64,000 nucleotides of DNA from Octopus vulgaris. Taxonomy: Eukaryota. The DNA lies in assembly GCA_951406725.2 (NCBI GenBank), contig OX597823.1:117428001-117492000 (forward strand). Reading direction: 5' to 3'. Shown here piece by piece: positions 13,642-26,882 of this stretch (within the stretch, counting starts at the first letter, position 1; each line of letters begins with the position of its first letter). The translations under genes and the position numbers were made by a program. The notes beneath the pieces were generated by a model. That model worked only from the letters and a program-made list of their open reading frames with translations, did not search any database and had not been told where the DNA came from.

Positions 13642-13880
13642 TCAGAGACTGTATAGATATTGCTTCAACTCAGAACACATAAAAGACCCAAACACACACA
13701 TAGCTGAATGATTAAATGATGGTGTTGAAAAATCAGTGAAGAGAAAAGTATTTTCTAAAGGAAGTATTTGTATCACAATATAAATAATGAATGGAAGATG
13801 TGTAAATTCACTAATTGTAATTAAATATTTCTTTGAATTATTAGAATGTGGAAGGGGCCTTTTGAAAGACAACCATTTCT
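13642..13880 (-). pseudogene. Dynein heavy chain-like pseudo-exon, AAA5
   Basis: ITISEFTHLPFIIYIV..VFGSFMCSELKQYL resembles IKLGDKEIEYHPNFRLYLT..LINFTVTPEGLEDQLL. Confidence 0.45.
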
Positions 13881-14009
13881 AACAGAAATGCTTGAGATAA
13901 AAGTTATATTTGATTTTATAACATACATGCCAATTGGTACAGACTCACCTTACTTCTTCAACAGAAAATGGTAGGTGTTATTTTTATAAAATGAAGCATT
14001 CTTATTATA

Positions 14010-14418
14010 GGTGCAGGCTTGACAGTGTGGTAAGAAGCCTCCTTCCCAACCACATGATTTTGGGTTCAGTCCCACTGCATGGAACCTTGGGCAAGTGTCT
14101 TCTACTATAGCCTCTGGCCAACCAAAGCCCTGTGAATGGATTTGGTCGACAAAAACTGGAAAAAGCCCATTGTATATGTCTATGTGTGTGTGTCTTTGTG
14201 TCTGTATTGGTCCCCCACCACCGCTTGACAACCGGTGTTGGTTTGCTTATGTTCCCATAAAGTAGTACTTTGACAAAATAGGCCAATAGAATAAGTACCA
14301 GGCTTAAGAAAAAGAAAGTACTGGGATTTTTTCATTCAAATAAAATCTCTTCAAGGCAGTGCCCCAGCATGGCCACAATCTAATAACTGTAACAAGTAAA
14401 AGATAAAAGATAAAAGAA
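14010..14418 (+). mobile_element. SINE family A, diverged
   Basis: Colinear with the 12520 copy; (aaaagat)n tail. Confidence 0.85.
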
Positions 14419-14630
14419 AGCTATCATGATACACTAAAGAACGACTTTGAATTTATTGAAATAAAAAAAAGTATGAGACAAAGAGTGAGCTGAAGAATTT
14501 GCCAAGTTTATAGTTTATAGTTTATGAAAGAGAAAAGACAAAGGAAATGTTCTAATTTATAGATCAGTGACTAGTTGTCACTTTGAAAACTCTATATTTC
14601 AAACAGTGCCACCTCTAGCCGAACAATTAT

Positions 14631-14675
14631 TCTGTGCTGATGAAGGGAAATCACCAGGAAATCACGATACACAGA
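14631..14675 (+). ncRNA. Minimal type-I hammerhead ribozyme motif
   Basis: tctgtg CTGATGA agggaaatcaccag GAAA tcacga TA cacaga; perfect 6-bp stem I, near-palindromic stem III, weak stem II. Confidence 0.65.
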
Positions 14676-14699
14676 TATTGTTTTGAACTGAGTGGGGTG

Positions 14700-15279
14700 C
14701 TAGATTCCCTTGTTCAAAAATATAAGGATACATATTGTGTCATATAGCCAGCTGGAGACGATGTCTTCTGGGGCTAAATTACAGAAACATTCGTCCTAAA
14801 CCAGGACTGCCATGTTATGTTGGCAAAACAATCTTTACTCCAAAGTACTGTTGCTGAATATCTCTCATTGTGAGATTTACAAACAGTAATTTTCAAAAAA
14901 ATTCTAGTGTGAGATTTTACCATATTTTTTAACTGAGATTTTTATTGTCATGAATGAAAAAGAACCTTTTGATCTATTGCTAAATGATGAAGATTTTTGA
15001 GGAAATGTTACCATTTTTTTCAAAAATTCTATTACTGCATTAGTCTCTTTTTCAACATTGCGGCAGGAGTATTTCTTTTTTAGAATTGAGGACCTTAAGA
15101 AAAATGTCACGAGTTATTTTCTGCATCATTATCACAAGATGAAAATATTGCTGCAATAATTTCACCAATGCCATCAATTTCAATAGTAAAAAGCAAATCT
15201 TTATCGATAACAGACACAGCTGTTTATATTATTTTTAATATAATATCATTTTTAGTAGAATCAATACATTTTATTGTAT
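14700..15279 (-). pseudogene. Pseudo-exon of the dynein-like gene, post-stalk/AAA5 start
   Basis: Strong acceptor tttctctctttttttctgtag at about 15300-15280; disrupted frames including NLAPEDIVSSWLYD (cf. LTDEATIRSW). Confidence 0.45.
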
Positions 15280-16059
15280 CTACAGAAAAAAAGAGAGAAA
15301 TTTTCCCTAACTGCCAAATTTTTGAAGAATAGGATGGGGTCTATTTGGCATAGTACATGAAGAACCCAAACACCTGGGGTAATTATTTACTATTCTGATT
15401 GACACAGACATTGGTTTTGCAGTTAAGAGGTTCACTTCACAACCAAATGATCTGGGATCAATATCACTGCACAGCACCTGGGAAAGTGTCTTTTGCCTCA
15501 TGCCAGCCAAAACCTTGTAAATAGATTAGATCAACAGAAGCTAAAAAAGACTAAAAAGAAGCTCATTGTGTGTGTGTGTGTGTGCTTTTGGAATTTTTGC
15601 ATGTGTGTTTGTTTACATCTGCATTCACCTATTTGAAAGTTATGATATTCAACTGGTGTTTCTGTTGGCACTTTCTCCTGTCAATAATTTGCTTGCTTAA
15701 TTTATGCCCTCGAAACTATGCATAATAAGAGATCCCTAACTTGGGAATTCTCCGAAAGGACATCTGACTGTAAAACAATTCCTCAATAATGTATTCATTT
15801 AACCCATGCTAGCATGGAAAAATGGATGCAAAAGACATTCTAGCTTGAGACATAAATCTTCTTGCAAAATTAGATACACTAAGAAGTTAATATCTATCGT
15901 AGATTCTATTCAACTTTGTTTAAGGTCAGATTATAACATTTGACACAATTAAAAAAATCTGTCTGTGTCAATCAGAATAGTAAATAATTACCCCAAGTGT
16001 AATTGGTATTTAGATTGGTATTGTGTTCTGATTTTGTTTCATTACAAACTAAAAATATA

Positions 16060-16515
16060 TAGAGTAGTTGTATACTGTCAACTTAATGTGACAGTCCCAT
16101 GAAGGGAATCACACTACTGCTATTTATCCCTAGGAAGCAGCAATGTTTCCTGTTGCCCTTGACTCATTTCCTTTGCCCTTATGTTTACAAGGGGGAGATA
16201 AGCACTTCCACCCAGCTAAGCCTGCATCCAGAGAATAGTTTCTGAGTCTTGCTCGTCATCAGTCTGGAGTAGCCATGGCCTCCTAGTTGGAGATGCCTCT
16301 CTAGCCTTTGTAAACATATAAGAATTCTTGTGAAATAAATCCAGTGATTACAAAAATAGAAACAATACATTTCTAAATATCTCAGAGAAATATATGCAGT
16401 AGAAGTGTGATTCCCTTCATGGGACTGTCACATTAAGTTGACAGTATTCAACTACTCTGTTGTACCACTACTGCATATATCTCTCTGAGATATTTAGACA
16501 TGTATTATTTCTATT
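16060..16515 (-). mobile_element. Penelope-like pLTR element with interleaved inverted duplications
   Basis: A 16062-16120 pairs with A' 16396-16458; B 16357-16402 pairs with B' 16468-16513; contains a hammerhead. Confidence 0.65.
16227..16268 (-). ncRNA. Minimal type-I hammerhead ribozyme motif
   Basis: Reverse complement: tccaga CTGATGA c gag-caaga-ctc a GAAA ctat TC tctgga; perfect 6-bp stem I. Confidence 0.7.
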
Positions 16516-16849
16516 TAAAAATATATAATATTCCAAATGTGAATAGGTGCTTTTTGATTGATAAACTCTGTGGTGATATGATGAAACACTGCTACACCAG
16601 TTGAGTAAATTTGTATAGATCCTTACAAGTTTGAGTCAGGTCTTTTCACAAATATTGACACTGAACTTGACACAATCCTGCGGCTCACAAGATTCTTTCA
16701 AATTGTCCTGCCCATCATGATGAGAGTGGTGGTGGTAGTGGTGGTGGTTGTGGTGGTGGTGGTTGTGGTGGTGGTGGTGGTGGTGGTAGGGGTTTACCAT
16801 CCTCTTCATTAGTATTAGTTGGATCAATTTTACTATAATATTCGATTAC

Positions 16850-17069
16850 ACTTTTACTTGTTTCAGTCATTTGACTAAGGCCATGCTGGAGCACTGCCTT
16901 TAGTCAAGCAAATTGACCCCAGGACTTATTCTTTGTAAGCCTAGTACTTATTCTATCGGTCACTTTTGCTGAACCACTAAGTTTTGGGGACGTAAACACA
17001 CCAGCATCAGTTGTCAAGCGATGGTGGGGGGACAAACACAGACACACAAACATATACACACACATACAT

Positions 17070-17100
<31 letters not shown>

Positions 17101-17265
17101 CGACAGGCTTCTTTCAGTTTCCATCTACCAAATCCACTCACAAGGGTTTGGTTAGCCTGAGGCTATAGTAGAAGACACTTGCCCAAGGTGCCATGCAGTG
17201 GGACTGAACCCGAAACCATGTGGTTCATAAGCAAGCTACATACCACACAGCCACTCCTACGCCTA
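16850..17265 (-). mobile_element. SINE family A, full length
   Basis: Reverse complement of the 12520 copy. Confidence 0.9.
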
Positions 17266-17744
17266 TGGATATATATCACTCATCAAATAGACGAGAGGTG
17301 AAGCTGAACAAATGTAAAATGAGAAATCTGCAAGCCCTTTTCTACCGAAATCACCAGTAAACATTTCAACCTATGCTTATCATGGCAAATTACTTGGTTC
17401 TATGATACCATCTCTCAAAAGTTTTGAGATTCCCCGATCCATAAACAATCTTCCACATTATGACAGTGTAGCAAAAAATTTATAGTTTGGAGTGAGATTT
17501 TGAAAATATTTAGCAGGTCCATTAGCTTCTTGTATTTGAGTAAAACCACAAAAAAACAAAAAACAAAACAGATTCTGATCTGTGACAATCTTTGGTACCT
17601 TTATGAAATTTCAAAAACAAAGGTCTGGTGAGGGTCACATCGGTTATGGAGGAACAAAACATTGTAAGATTTTATATAATCTATCTTTTATACATATTTT
17701 AGTAGATATTTTAGATACAGAAACCCATTAATTTGTTCTGTTTA

Positions 17745-19066
17745 TTCAGAATTAGTTATGGAAATTGTACAATTTTTTTAATACAGATTTCCTAGTTGAA
17801 TTGATTGGCTCATCTTTGACAGCTGAAATTTTCAAATAAGTCTGTATAAAGACTTTGTTATTAATTTTCTCAATTATCATAGATGGAAGGAGACCAGCAA
17901 CAAAACATACAATTGCCAGAAAAATAAATTCTGATTAAATAACCGAGGGTGTCTTGGATTGTGTTACAGAGAGAAGGTGTAACCACCATATCATCAGACA
18001 ATAGCTCAGTGTCCTACAAATGACAATTTTAACTGGACACAAAATATTAAGGTGTATCTTCAAGTTGCTACAGGAAAAAAAGCCTCTTCAAATTTTAGGA
18101 TTTACTGCAACTTATTGTTCGAATTAACCTCAGAGTGAGAGTTCCAAAGAAGCAATAGACATTCCATGTAATTCCACATAAGATTCAGCTTGTTCCAAAG
18201 AGCTATCTTTCTGCATAGAATTATCAAGTATCATGATTTTATTATTTAGTATTATAATCCTGCAATATTTGAATATATTCCATATAGAAAACCTCTTTTA
18301 AATGATAATTTATTTTCTTCAGCCAGTGAAGCTTTAGTATCACTATCAGAAGCAAGAATTTTGTCAATGTTTACATTGAGCTTTTGAAAATATATTGACA
18401 GCTGTCTGGTATATGTTCCACTTAGTGATTTCACATAAGCTACTAGCTGTTTTAGTACATTATTAAAAGTTGCACAATTTCCTATACTCTCAACTACTTT
18501 AGGCCCAGTATGTTGCTGCAAATACTCCTGTCTGTTAGGATTGAAGTTGGAATTGATTATCATCAGGAGATGCCCTGCTGGAGCCTAGCAGCAGGTATTT
18601 AAAGGGAGAAAATTTGACAAGTAAGTCAGCCGCCTGCTAACACTCGTTGATGCTACATCGAAGAGGCCAGGGAACAGAAGAAAGAAGACACGCACCCAAC
18701 ACCAGAGCTGAAGACACCTCCGAAAGGGGGGGGGCACATCAAAACGGTAGAGGAGTAGGGGCCAAAACCGAATGTGGTTCCTCCTGATGATGTCTTGAGC
18801 TAAGTGGATCCTATAAAGGAGCTGTTGTGGTAGCAGACCACGAAACTCGGTTGTAATTCCTGAACTCTTTCCAATTTTCACTTAAACTTCCTATCATAAT
18901 GAGAAAAATTTTTGGGATATCAAAATGTCTGGACTAGCTATCTTATCTATTTTAATTAAACTTATAAAGTGATTTAACAATTGTGATAAAAAGTTTCCAG
19001 ATATCCTTTAATCATTTTTTTGAAGTACATATCATAAGCATCCATTGCTAGTGAGGTGGTGGAAAA
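17745..19066 (-). pseudogene. Dynein heavy chain-like pseudo-exon: stalk and microtubule-binding domain, interrupted by an insertion
   Basis: Acceptor tctgtctcttacag; GNFLSQLLNHFISLIK (cf. PTSYLELINTFKKLL), LIMIGSLSENWKEFRNY (cf. CILLG..PDWKEAKKM), VLKQLVAYVKSL (cf. AAGLCKWVRAM), SLEQAESYV (cf. KLERAEKLV), SEFIFLAIVCFVAGLLPS (cf. GDCLLSAAFVSYAGPFPS); frameshifts and stops. Confidence 0.65.
18563..18852 (+). mobile_element. GC-richer Penelope-like fragment ending at a hammerhead core
   Basis: CTGATGA 18784-18790, long stem II, GAAA ctcgg TT at 18842-18852; removing it rejoins the flanking frame (NYN/DNQF). Confidence 0.6.
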
Positions 19067-19229
19067 CTGTAAGAGACAGAACGGTTTTACAGAAGACAGT
19101 AGTTTGAGAGCCAACTATTTTTTACAAACATACTCATTAACCTCACGGATCAGAAGTTAGTTTTATGTGTTTCTACTTCATTATTAATTTACTATAATTA
19201 AACATGTCAAAGTAATCACCCTGACTCAC

Positions 19230-19449
19230 CTGCTTCCTAAGTTCCTTCAAACATAAGCCAAAAGTGAATACTGCAGAACGGTACTTAATATATTAGCCCA
19301 ACAGATATGTTTGGGTATAGAGGTGGACTGTGACAATGATTCAGTGTCAAAATATCAATGAATTATCAAATAAAATCACATTTGCGATATTTTTGTTTTT
19401 TTATTATCTCTTTGATGTTGCTTCAATAATTAAACTCAGTTAAATTTAC
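19230..19449 (-). pseudogene. Probable pseudo-exon, end of AAA4
   Basis: Acceptor cctaacag and canonical donor CAG/GTGAGT; frame has stops; assigned mainly by position. Confidence 0.35.
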
Positions 19450-19558
19450 CTGTTAGGCTGAATCAGCATCGTTTTGTTTGTTGCTACAACTGTTTGTTTA
19501 TCCATATGTGTGTGTGTGTGTGTGTAGATTCATACATACACACACACATATATATGTG

Positions 19559-19589
<31 letters not shown>

Positions 19590-19652
19590 CACTGTGTGTG
19601 TGTATATATGTATATATATATACACACACATATATATATGTGCATATATATG

Positions 19653-19690
<38 letters not shown>

Positions 19691-20151
19691 CATACATATA
19701 TATGCACATATATATACATATATATGCACATATATATATGTATGTATATATATATATGTACATATATATGCATATATATATATATATTTATAAATGTACA
19801 TATATATGCACATATATATCTATATATGTACATATATATATATGCACATATATATATATGTACATATATATGCATATATATATATATGTACATACATATG
19901 CACATATATATGTACATACATACATACCTATATACATACATATGTATCTACATACATACATATTTTCATTTGTTTATTTACAAGAATTTTTATTCACTTT
20001 TAGAGCTGTCTTTCATTCCTAACAATATATCTGATGATAAAATATCCTTTTTTTTCTTTTTCCTATTTTTTTCTTCTTGCTTTGTGTTTTTTTTAATTAT
20101 TACATTTTATTCAGTATATTTTGACTACCCTCTTCCACACACACACACACA

Positions 20152-20182
<31 letters not shown>

Positions 20183-20859
20183 GCACATGCCTCAGGTAAA
20201 CCTTTTGGTTTTATATTAAATCTCAGAAAACAAATTTCAAAAATACAAAATAAGATAAATAATAGAAAAAAAGAATAATTAATTGCTTTTCCAATTTTAC
20301 AAAATGAGCAGATCATTATGTGAAATCTTCTGTAATTTATTCCTTGCTGGAGGTTTATAATAGATCGGTGAATTATCTATCTATATTATAAAATTCAGTG
20401 GATGCAAAAAATAACTGAAAGAAATAAATGCATGAATGATGGAATTAGAGAGAGAGGGAGGGAGAGAGGAAAGCATGCACACATCTCTTACTTGTCAGAC
20501 TGCGACCATGCTGGGGCACTACCTTGACTGGGTTTTACCAAACAAATTGACAACATAAGTACCCCGGTACTTATTTTTTAATCCTGTACTAATCCTGTCA
20601 GACTCCTTTGCTGGGTCACTAAGTTATGGGGGACTTCAACAAACCAACATCGGTTGTCAAGTGTTGATGGAGAACAAACTCATAAACAAAGGCACACATA
20701 GATACATAGAAACATGAACTAAAAGACAATCTGAACTGATGCAACATTCCCTTTTCATGCTGGGAAAACAAAGCATCAGAAATCAGGCCCTGGCGCCAGT
20801 CCCATTTCTCCTCAGTTCAAAGGTTTGAGCAAAGTCGACTCCAGTATTGGGACTAATTT

Positions 20860-21144
20860 TGTGCAAGCATGAAGGTATGTTGGTAAAACGCTGCCCCTCT
20901 AAATGAAAACCTTAATTGTCATTATGGTCTTGTGGTGTGTAGCAAAGCAGCACTTGCTGTCCACTGAAGAAAACACGTAGTAAATGATCCACAAGCACTC
21001 AGGCAAACTCAGTCCCCAATTTGTTCCATTTGCCAGAAGGTTTGCAATGCACCAGCAGGCCTCAAGCGACATATGCCTGTCCCTAGATCATAATTACCAC
21101 ATTATTTTATTGAATCGTCATTTGTCATTCATGACGAGAGAATT

Positions 21145-21145
<1 letters not shown>
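20860..21145 (+). mobile_element. RTE-clade LINE 3' end remnant
   Basis: C-terminal zinc-finger-like PICSICQKVCNAPAGLKRH followed by a stop. Confidence 0.55.
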
Positions 21146-21219
<74 letters not shown>

Positions 21220-21356
21220 AATTAGGGTATCTACGAGATACCACCTTGCTGAAAATAGCAGCCATGATCCCTCTCTCAAACCACCTTAAGTGTTCATATA
21301 GCAACATGGAGAGAAGACAAAGAGACAAGATGAAACTAGTAAAAAATTACTGGATA

Positions 21357-21415
21357 ATTCCAGATCCCGGATTTCTGGCTTTGCATTTAGGAATGCTTTG
21401 CTTCATCAGTGGAAT
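21357..21415 (-). ncRNA. Type-I hammerhead ribozyme motif
   Basis: Reverse complement: attcca CTGATGA agcaaagcatt-cct-aaatgcaaagcca GAAA tccggga TC tggaat; perfect 6-bp stem I, AUC site; element abuts (TA)n at 21210. Confidence 0.72.
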
Positions 21416-21674
21416 ACACACAGAAAGAAACATAAATACATATATATATATATAAATACAACATACGAATATTTACATATATGAACGTATACATACATAT
21501 ATATATGCACGTATGCATCAAGACTATTTAAAAATGCCCACTTCTTAATTCCAAGTGTGATATGGTTATAATATCACTGCAGTAAATACAGTGACAAAAT
21601 ACATTTAAATTGATATAAATAAGGATAAGATCGTTAATTTAAAATAAAATAACGATCTTATCAAGTGGCCAGCA

Positions 21675-21708
<34 letters not shown>

Positions 21709-22623
21709 CACACACAAACAGTCTTCTTTCAGATTCTGTCTCTTAAATCCAATTGTAAGTTTTTGGTAGGCCCCAGGTTTTAGTAAAAGACACAGGCCCA
21801 AAGTTCCATTCTGGGACTGACCCCAGAATCATGTGGTTGGGAAGCAAATTTCTTATCACACGCAGCTATATCTACACTTATAGTATGTGTGTGTGTGTAT
21901 GCATGTGTGTGTGTATGCATGTGTGCGTGTATGCATCTGTATATATGTGTTTATTTCTAATAATTCTTTGACCTCTGTAGAAGGGCAATAACTTTGAATA
22001 AGGGTTAATTAAAACCATGATAACCCATGCCAACATAGAAAGCAGACATAAATCGAGGAAGAGCTAATATAGAGCCATGTACTAAATTTATTGTTTATCT
22101 TTTATAGTGGTGGAGCCCAACCCTTAATGCTCCTCAAACTGGTTTCATATCAGACAGCTTTTCCACAGACTGGGGAAATCATTTGCATACCAAAATACAA
22201 TAAAGTGCTTAATATATAAGTTAATTAAGTTAATGAGCTGGTGAAATAGTTACTATGCTGGGCAAACTGCTCAGCAGCATTTTCTCTGTCTTTACATTAT
22301 GAGGTCAAATGCCACCAAGGTCAACCTTACCGTTCATCCATTTTAGGGGCCGATAAAATAAGCATCAGTTGAGTACTGCAACTGATGTAGCCATCTGACT
22401 CCCTCTTCTGGAATTGCTAGCCTTGTATCAAAATTTGAAATCAATATAAAATTATTATAATGTTACATGTATAATATTATCACTGCAGAGAATGATTTTC
22501 AGTAAAAGAGGAATAAATTTGGAAAACCTATTCTTTCTGCATGGCCCAGTACAAAATGATCCTCAGCTCAGTACTGTGCAGCCCCAACAGGTCGTTGGGC
22601 CCCACTGTTTTATAGGATATCAT

Positions 22624-23015
22624 ACTCTTTTACTTGTTTCAGTCATGTGACTGTGGCCATGCTGGAGCACCACCTTTAATCAAGCAAATCGACCCCAGGA
22701 CTTATTCTTTGTAATCCGAGTAATTATTCTATCGGTCTCTTTTGCCAAACCACTACTTTACGGGGACGTAAACACACCAGCGATGTTGGGGGAACAAACA
22801 CATACACACAAGCATATACACACACATACATATATACACATACATATATATATATGATGGGCTTCTTTCAGTTTCCATTTACCAAATCCACTCATAAAGC
22901 TTTGGTCGACCCGAGGCTATAGTAGAAGACACTTGCTCAAGGTGCCATGGAGTGGGACTGAACCCGGAACCATGTGGTTCGTAAGCAAGCTACTTACTAC
23001 ACAGCCACTCCTACT
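22624..23015 (-). mobile_element. SINE family A
   Basis: Full-length match to the family. Confidence 0.9.
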
Positions 23016-23579
23016 ATATATTTCTTCCATTTCTTTTTAATCGTTGATACTCTGTAATTAAAGACCTCTTTTACAAACGAATACTGAATTGTATCAATTT
23101 CAAACTTGTTGTTATTGTTTGACCCCAGGTCAGGCCTGATTGAGCTGGACTATGATTGAAGACATTCCAGCCATAGACATCCCCTCTTTACACAGCACCA
23201 TACAATACTGTATGTCTTACTTTCCGTATGGTTGGATGTAGTTTGAGTGACGCTTTGGTTGTTAAAGCAAGCACAGTGACTGTGTAAAGAGTTCCTTGTT
23301 CTCAACAAAGTTATTGATTGTGGTGGGAGAAACAGCCATGATGACACAGTTGAGAGAGAAAGAGAGACGGACAGACAGAGAAAGACAGAGGGACAGAAAG
23401 AGCGAAAGAGATTGTGAGTGAAGAGTGAGGTAGACATTCAGATGATTTGCTGTTTTCTATGTAAATAACTAATGTTTCCAAATTATCAATTGGTAGTTAT
23501 TTCGTTGACCTAGGAAATCAACAAAATTACTCAAGCACTTGTAGCAATTATGTTTGTTGTTGTGTTAGTGGTTGTTGTT

Positions 23580-23860
23580 GTCAAATGTGCCACAAATGCA
23601 CTGAATAAATCAAACCATGCCACTGGTACTTCTACCTTTCATCATCCTTTATAAATTGGCAAATATGCTATCTGAAAAATTACAGCTCAAAAATAAGGTG
23701 ATTTTCATTATGTCATGAAAATATTTGTTCTGTCCCATGTTTCAGACACTACCATGTCACTGTTTCCATCAGAGAGCTTGTGAATCAGGAAGAGGTCCCA
23801 GTCAGAATCATGGAACCAAAGATGCTGCTCTTTACGAATTATGATATAAAATCACTAAAT
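23580..23860 (-). pseudogene. Possible pseudo-exon, AAA3 P-loop region
   Basis: FVKSSIFGSMILTGTSS resembles a degenerate PVLLVGPTG; position fits the domain order. Confidence 0.3.
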
Positions 23861-23867
23861 AAAGACA

Positions 23868-24078
23868 TTCTTTTACTTGTTTCAGTCATGTGACTGTGGC
23901 CATGCTGGAGCACTGCCTTTAGTCGAGCAAATCGACCCCAGGACTTATTCTTTGTAAGCCTAATACTTATTCTATCGGTCTCTTTGCTGAACCGCTAAGT
24001 TACAGAGACGTATACACACCAGCATCGGTTGTCAAGCGATGTTGACAAACACAGACACACAAATATATACACACACAA

Positions 24079-24125
<47 letters not shown>

Positions 24126-24283
24126 CGAAGGGCTTCTTTCAGTTTCCGTCTACCAAATCCACTCACAAGGCTTTGGTCGGCCCGAGGCTATAGTAGAAGA
24201 CACTTGCCCAAGGTACCACTCAGTGGGACTGAACCCGGAACCATGTGGTTCGTAAGCAAGCTACTTACCATACAGCCACTCCT
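23868..24283 (-). mobile_element. SINE family A
   Basis: Full-length match to the family. Confidence 0.9.
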
Positions 24284-24441
24284 AGAATATTTTACAGACA
24301 TCACTATGTGGTGCAAAGTTTTGCTTCCTAACCACATAGTCTCAGGTTCAATCCCTTTGTGAAGCAGTTTAGGGAAGTGCTTTCTGTAACAAATCTTGTG
24401 AGAGAATTTGTTAGACATAAGCTGAAAGCAGCCATCACATG

Positions 24442-24501
<60 letters not shown>

Positions 24502-25182
24502 CATGTGTTACTATTACTTTGCCACAACACTATATGAGAGCTGTTAATGAACATCACTTAATCTGCCATGGAAACTTGTCTGGTTATAGGGAAATATTAC
24601 TGTACTTGGAAACAAGCATGGAAAAGTGGGCATAAAATCCATTTTGTTTCATTCTCATAAGGATAGCAGAGTTTTGGTGATGTGGTAATTGTTTTGCGCA
24701 TCTGAATGACATTCCCTAAACTATGGTGAAGAAATGGAACCTGCCTTTTGTCAGTCAAGCAAGATGGATGAAGCAGAGTTTGTTTTCTGCTCCAGGTTAT
24801 CATTCAAATGCTCTGAGAATAAGGCTTGAACTTATGACACTGTGTTCAGTAGTTAAAACTCTTTATTGTTGCAGCCTCTGGGATTCTGAATTCATTACAG
24901 AAACTTACCATTTCAAAGTCCCACTTGTAAAGACAATTTTTCAATATTTGAATTCTTGTAATGTTCTGGAGTAAATTCTTACATCTCTCTCTCTCTCACT
25001 CTCTCTCTCTCTCTACATGCACACGTCAAGATCACCAGCCCTCTTTCACATGCACATACGTACCTTGTTACACACACGTCATCTCCCCTCCTCCTCCCTA
25101 GTTCTCCTGTGTGAGCCTTCTGTCCGGCATTCACCATGACAAGCCGCTAGCCACTACGCATTCTTTATTTTCTCTCCTTGTT

Positions 25183-25312
25183 TCTTTCTGTGGAAGAGCG
25201 TAGGCTCAAAACATTAAAGACATTTTCAATTCCCCAGCATTATACTAATACATCTGTTTCTTTTCTACACCACCTGACTTCGTCTTTTGTTTTTTTTGTG
25301 AATTCTCCCTAT
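25183..25312 (+). mobile_element. Penelope-like terminus with degenerate hammerhead
   Basis: tcttt CTGTGGA a gagc-gtag-gctc AAAA cat TA aaga; tail ends in (TA)n; same family as the 4237 and 33132 copies. Confidence 0.5.
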
Positions 25313-25949
25313 ATATATATATTCCTCTCTCTCTCTCTCTGCTCCTCCCCATAAAATATGCAAAGCCAAAATAATTGACAGGGCATTTATTATACAGGAC
25401 TTCCAGCATAGACGATTTTAATTCAATTCCAGTCACCATCATCTACTTTTCCATACTTGCATGGGTTGGATAGGATTTGTTGCAGCAGATTTTCTATGAT
25501 TAGATACTCTTCCTGTTGGCAACCTTCACCTGTTTCCAAACAAGGCAATATTTCCCCATGGCCTGCCATGTTTACATAAAAGATTGGCAATGAAAGAACA
25601 TCGCTTGTATGGCAGTAACACTTGTTTATAACTGTTACATGATGTCAAGGCAGGAAGAAACAAGCACACACTCACATCCATGTATGCAATGGACTTATTT
25701 CAGTTTATATCTTCCAGATACACTTACAAGGCTGTGGTCAGGCAACGGCTATAGTAGAAGGCATTTGCTCAAGGCACCACACAGAACTGAGCTCAAAAAC
25801 ATGAGGATGTGAAGTGAACTTTTTAATCATGCAGTGATGTTTGCATCTTTCCATCTTTGTATTCTGTATATTTTAAAATGATACCAGATAAAGATCCCTG
25901 AATTACTTCCTAATAACTGCTTAGTATTATCTGTTGTTGTTGTTTGTTT

Positions 25950-26235
25950 CTTCTTGAGCCATGCCTGGCTCATAAGGGCCGGTTTCTTGGCGTATAGGTT
26001 CCCCACCTGGACAGGACGCCGGTCCGTCACAGGTGAGCTGCAAGATGCAGGAGGAAAGAGTGAGAGAAAGTTGTGGCAAAAGAGTCAGCAGAAGTTTCGC
26101 CATTACCTTCTGCCTGGGCCGCGTAGAGCTTAGGTGCTTCGCTCATGAACACACACATTGCCCGGTCTAAGATTTGAACCCGTGATCCCTCAAACATGAG
26201 TCCACTGCTCTAACCACTAGGCCATGTGCCTCCAC
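25950..26235 (-). mobile_element. SINE family D
   Basis: Reverse-complement head gtggaggcacatggcctagtggttag with A and B boxes. Confidence 0.8.
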
Positions 26236-26419
26236 TTAGTATTATCTGAGAAAAAGTAATTTCCTACAACCTGATAAAATATAACTCCCTAGGAAATACT
26301 AGAAACATAATGATATTGTTTCCCTAGAAACAATATCATTATGCCACATCTTAAAAACAGAAATGATGGTGACCACTGTTTCAATAATGGCTATATCTAT
26401 CCCCACTTAAATTCTTTTC

Positions 26420-26882
26420 CTTTTATTCTTTTACTTATTTCAGTCATTTGACTGTGGTCATGCTGGAGCACTGCCGTTAGTCGAGCAAATCGACCCCAAT
26501 GCTTATTCTTTGTAAACCTAGTACTTATCTTATCAGTCTCTTTTTGCCAAACCACTAAGTTACGGGAATGTAAATACACCAACATCGGTTGTCAAGTGAT
26601 GGTGGGGTGACAAACACAGACACACAAGCATATACATATCTATATATCTATGTCTATATATCTATATATATATATATACACACATATATATATATACACA
26701 TATATATATATATGTGTGTGTGTGTGTGTACAACTGGCTTTCAGTTTCTGTCAACCAAATCCACTCACAAGACTTTGGTCAGCCTGAGGCTATAGCAGAA
26801 GATATTTACCCAAGGTGCCATGGAATTGGACTGAACCCAGAACCATATGGTTGGGAAGCAAGCTTCTTACTACACAGCCACT
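26420..26882 (-). mobile_element. SINE family A
   Basis: Family match with expanded internal microsatellite. Confidence 0.88.

Noticed and set aside
20031-20050. Isolated CTGATGA (also tcatcag at 17991)
   Set aside because: No GAAA partner or stems
20375-20400. Second Helitron start (tctatctatattataaaa)
   Set aside because: No 3' hairpin plus CTAG end found
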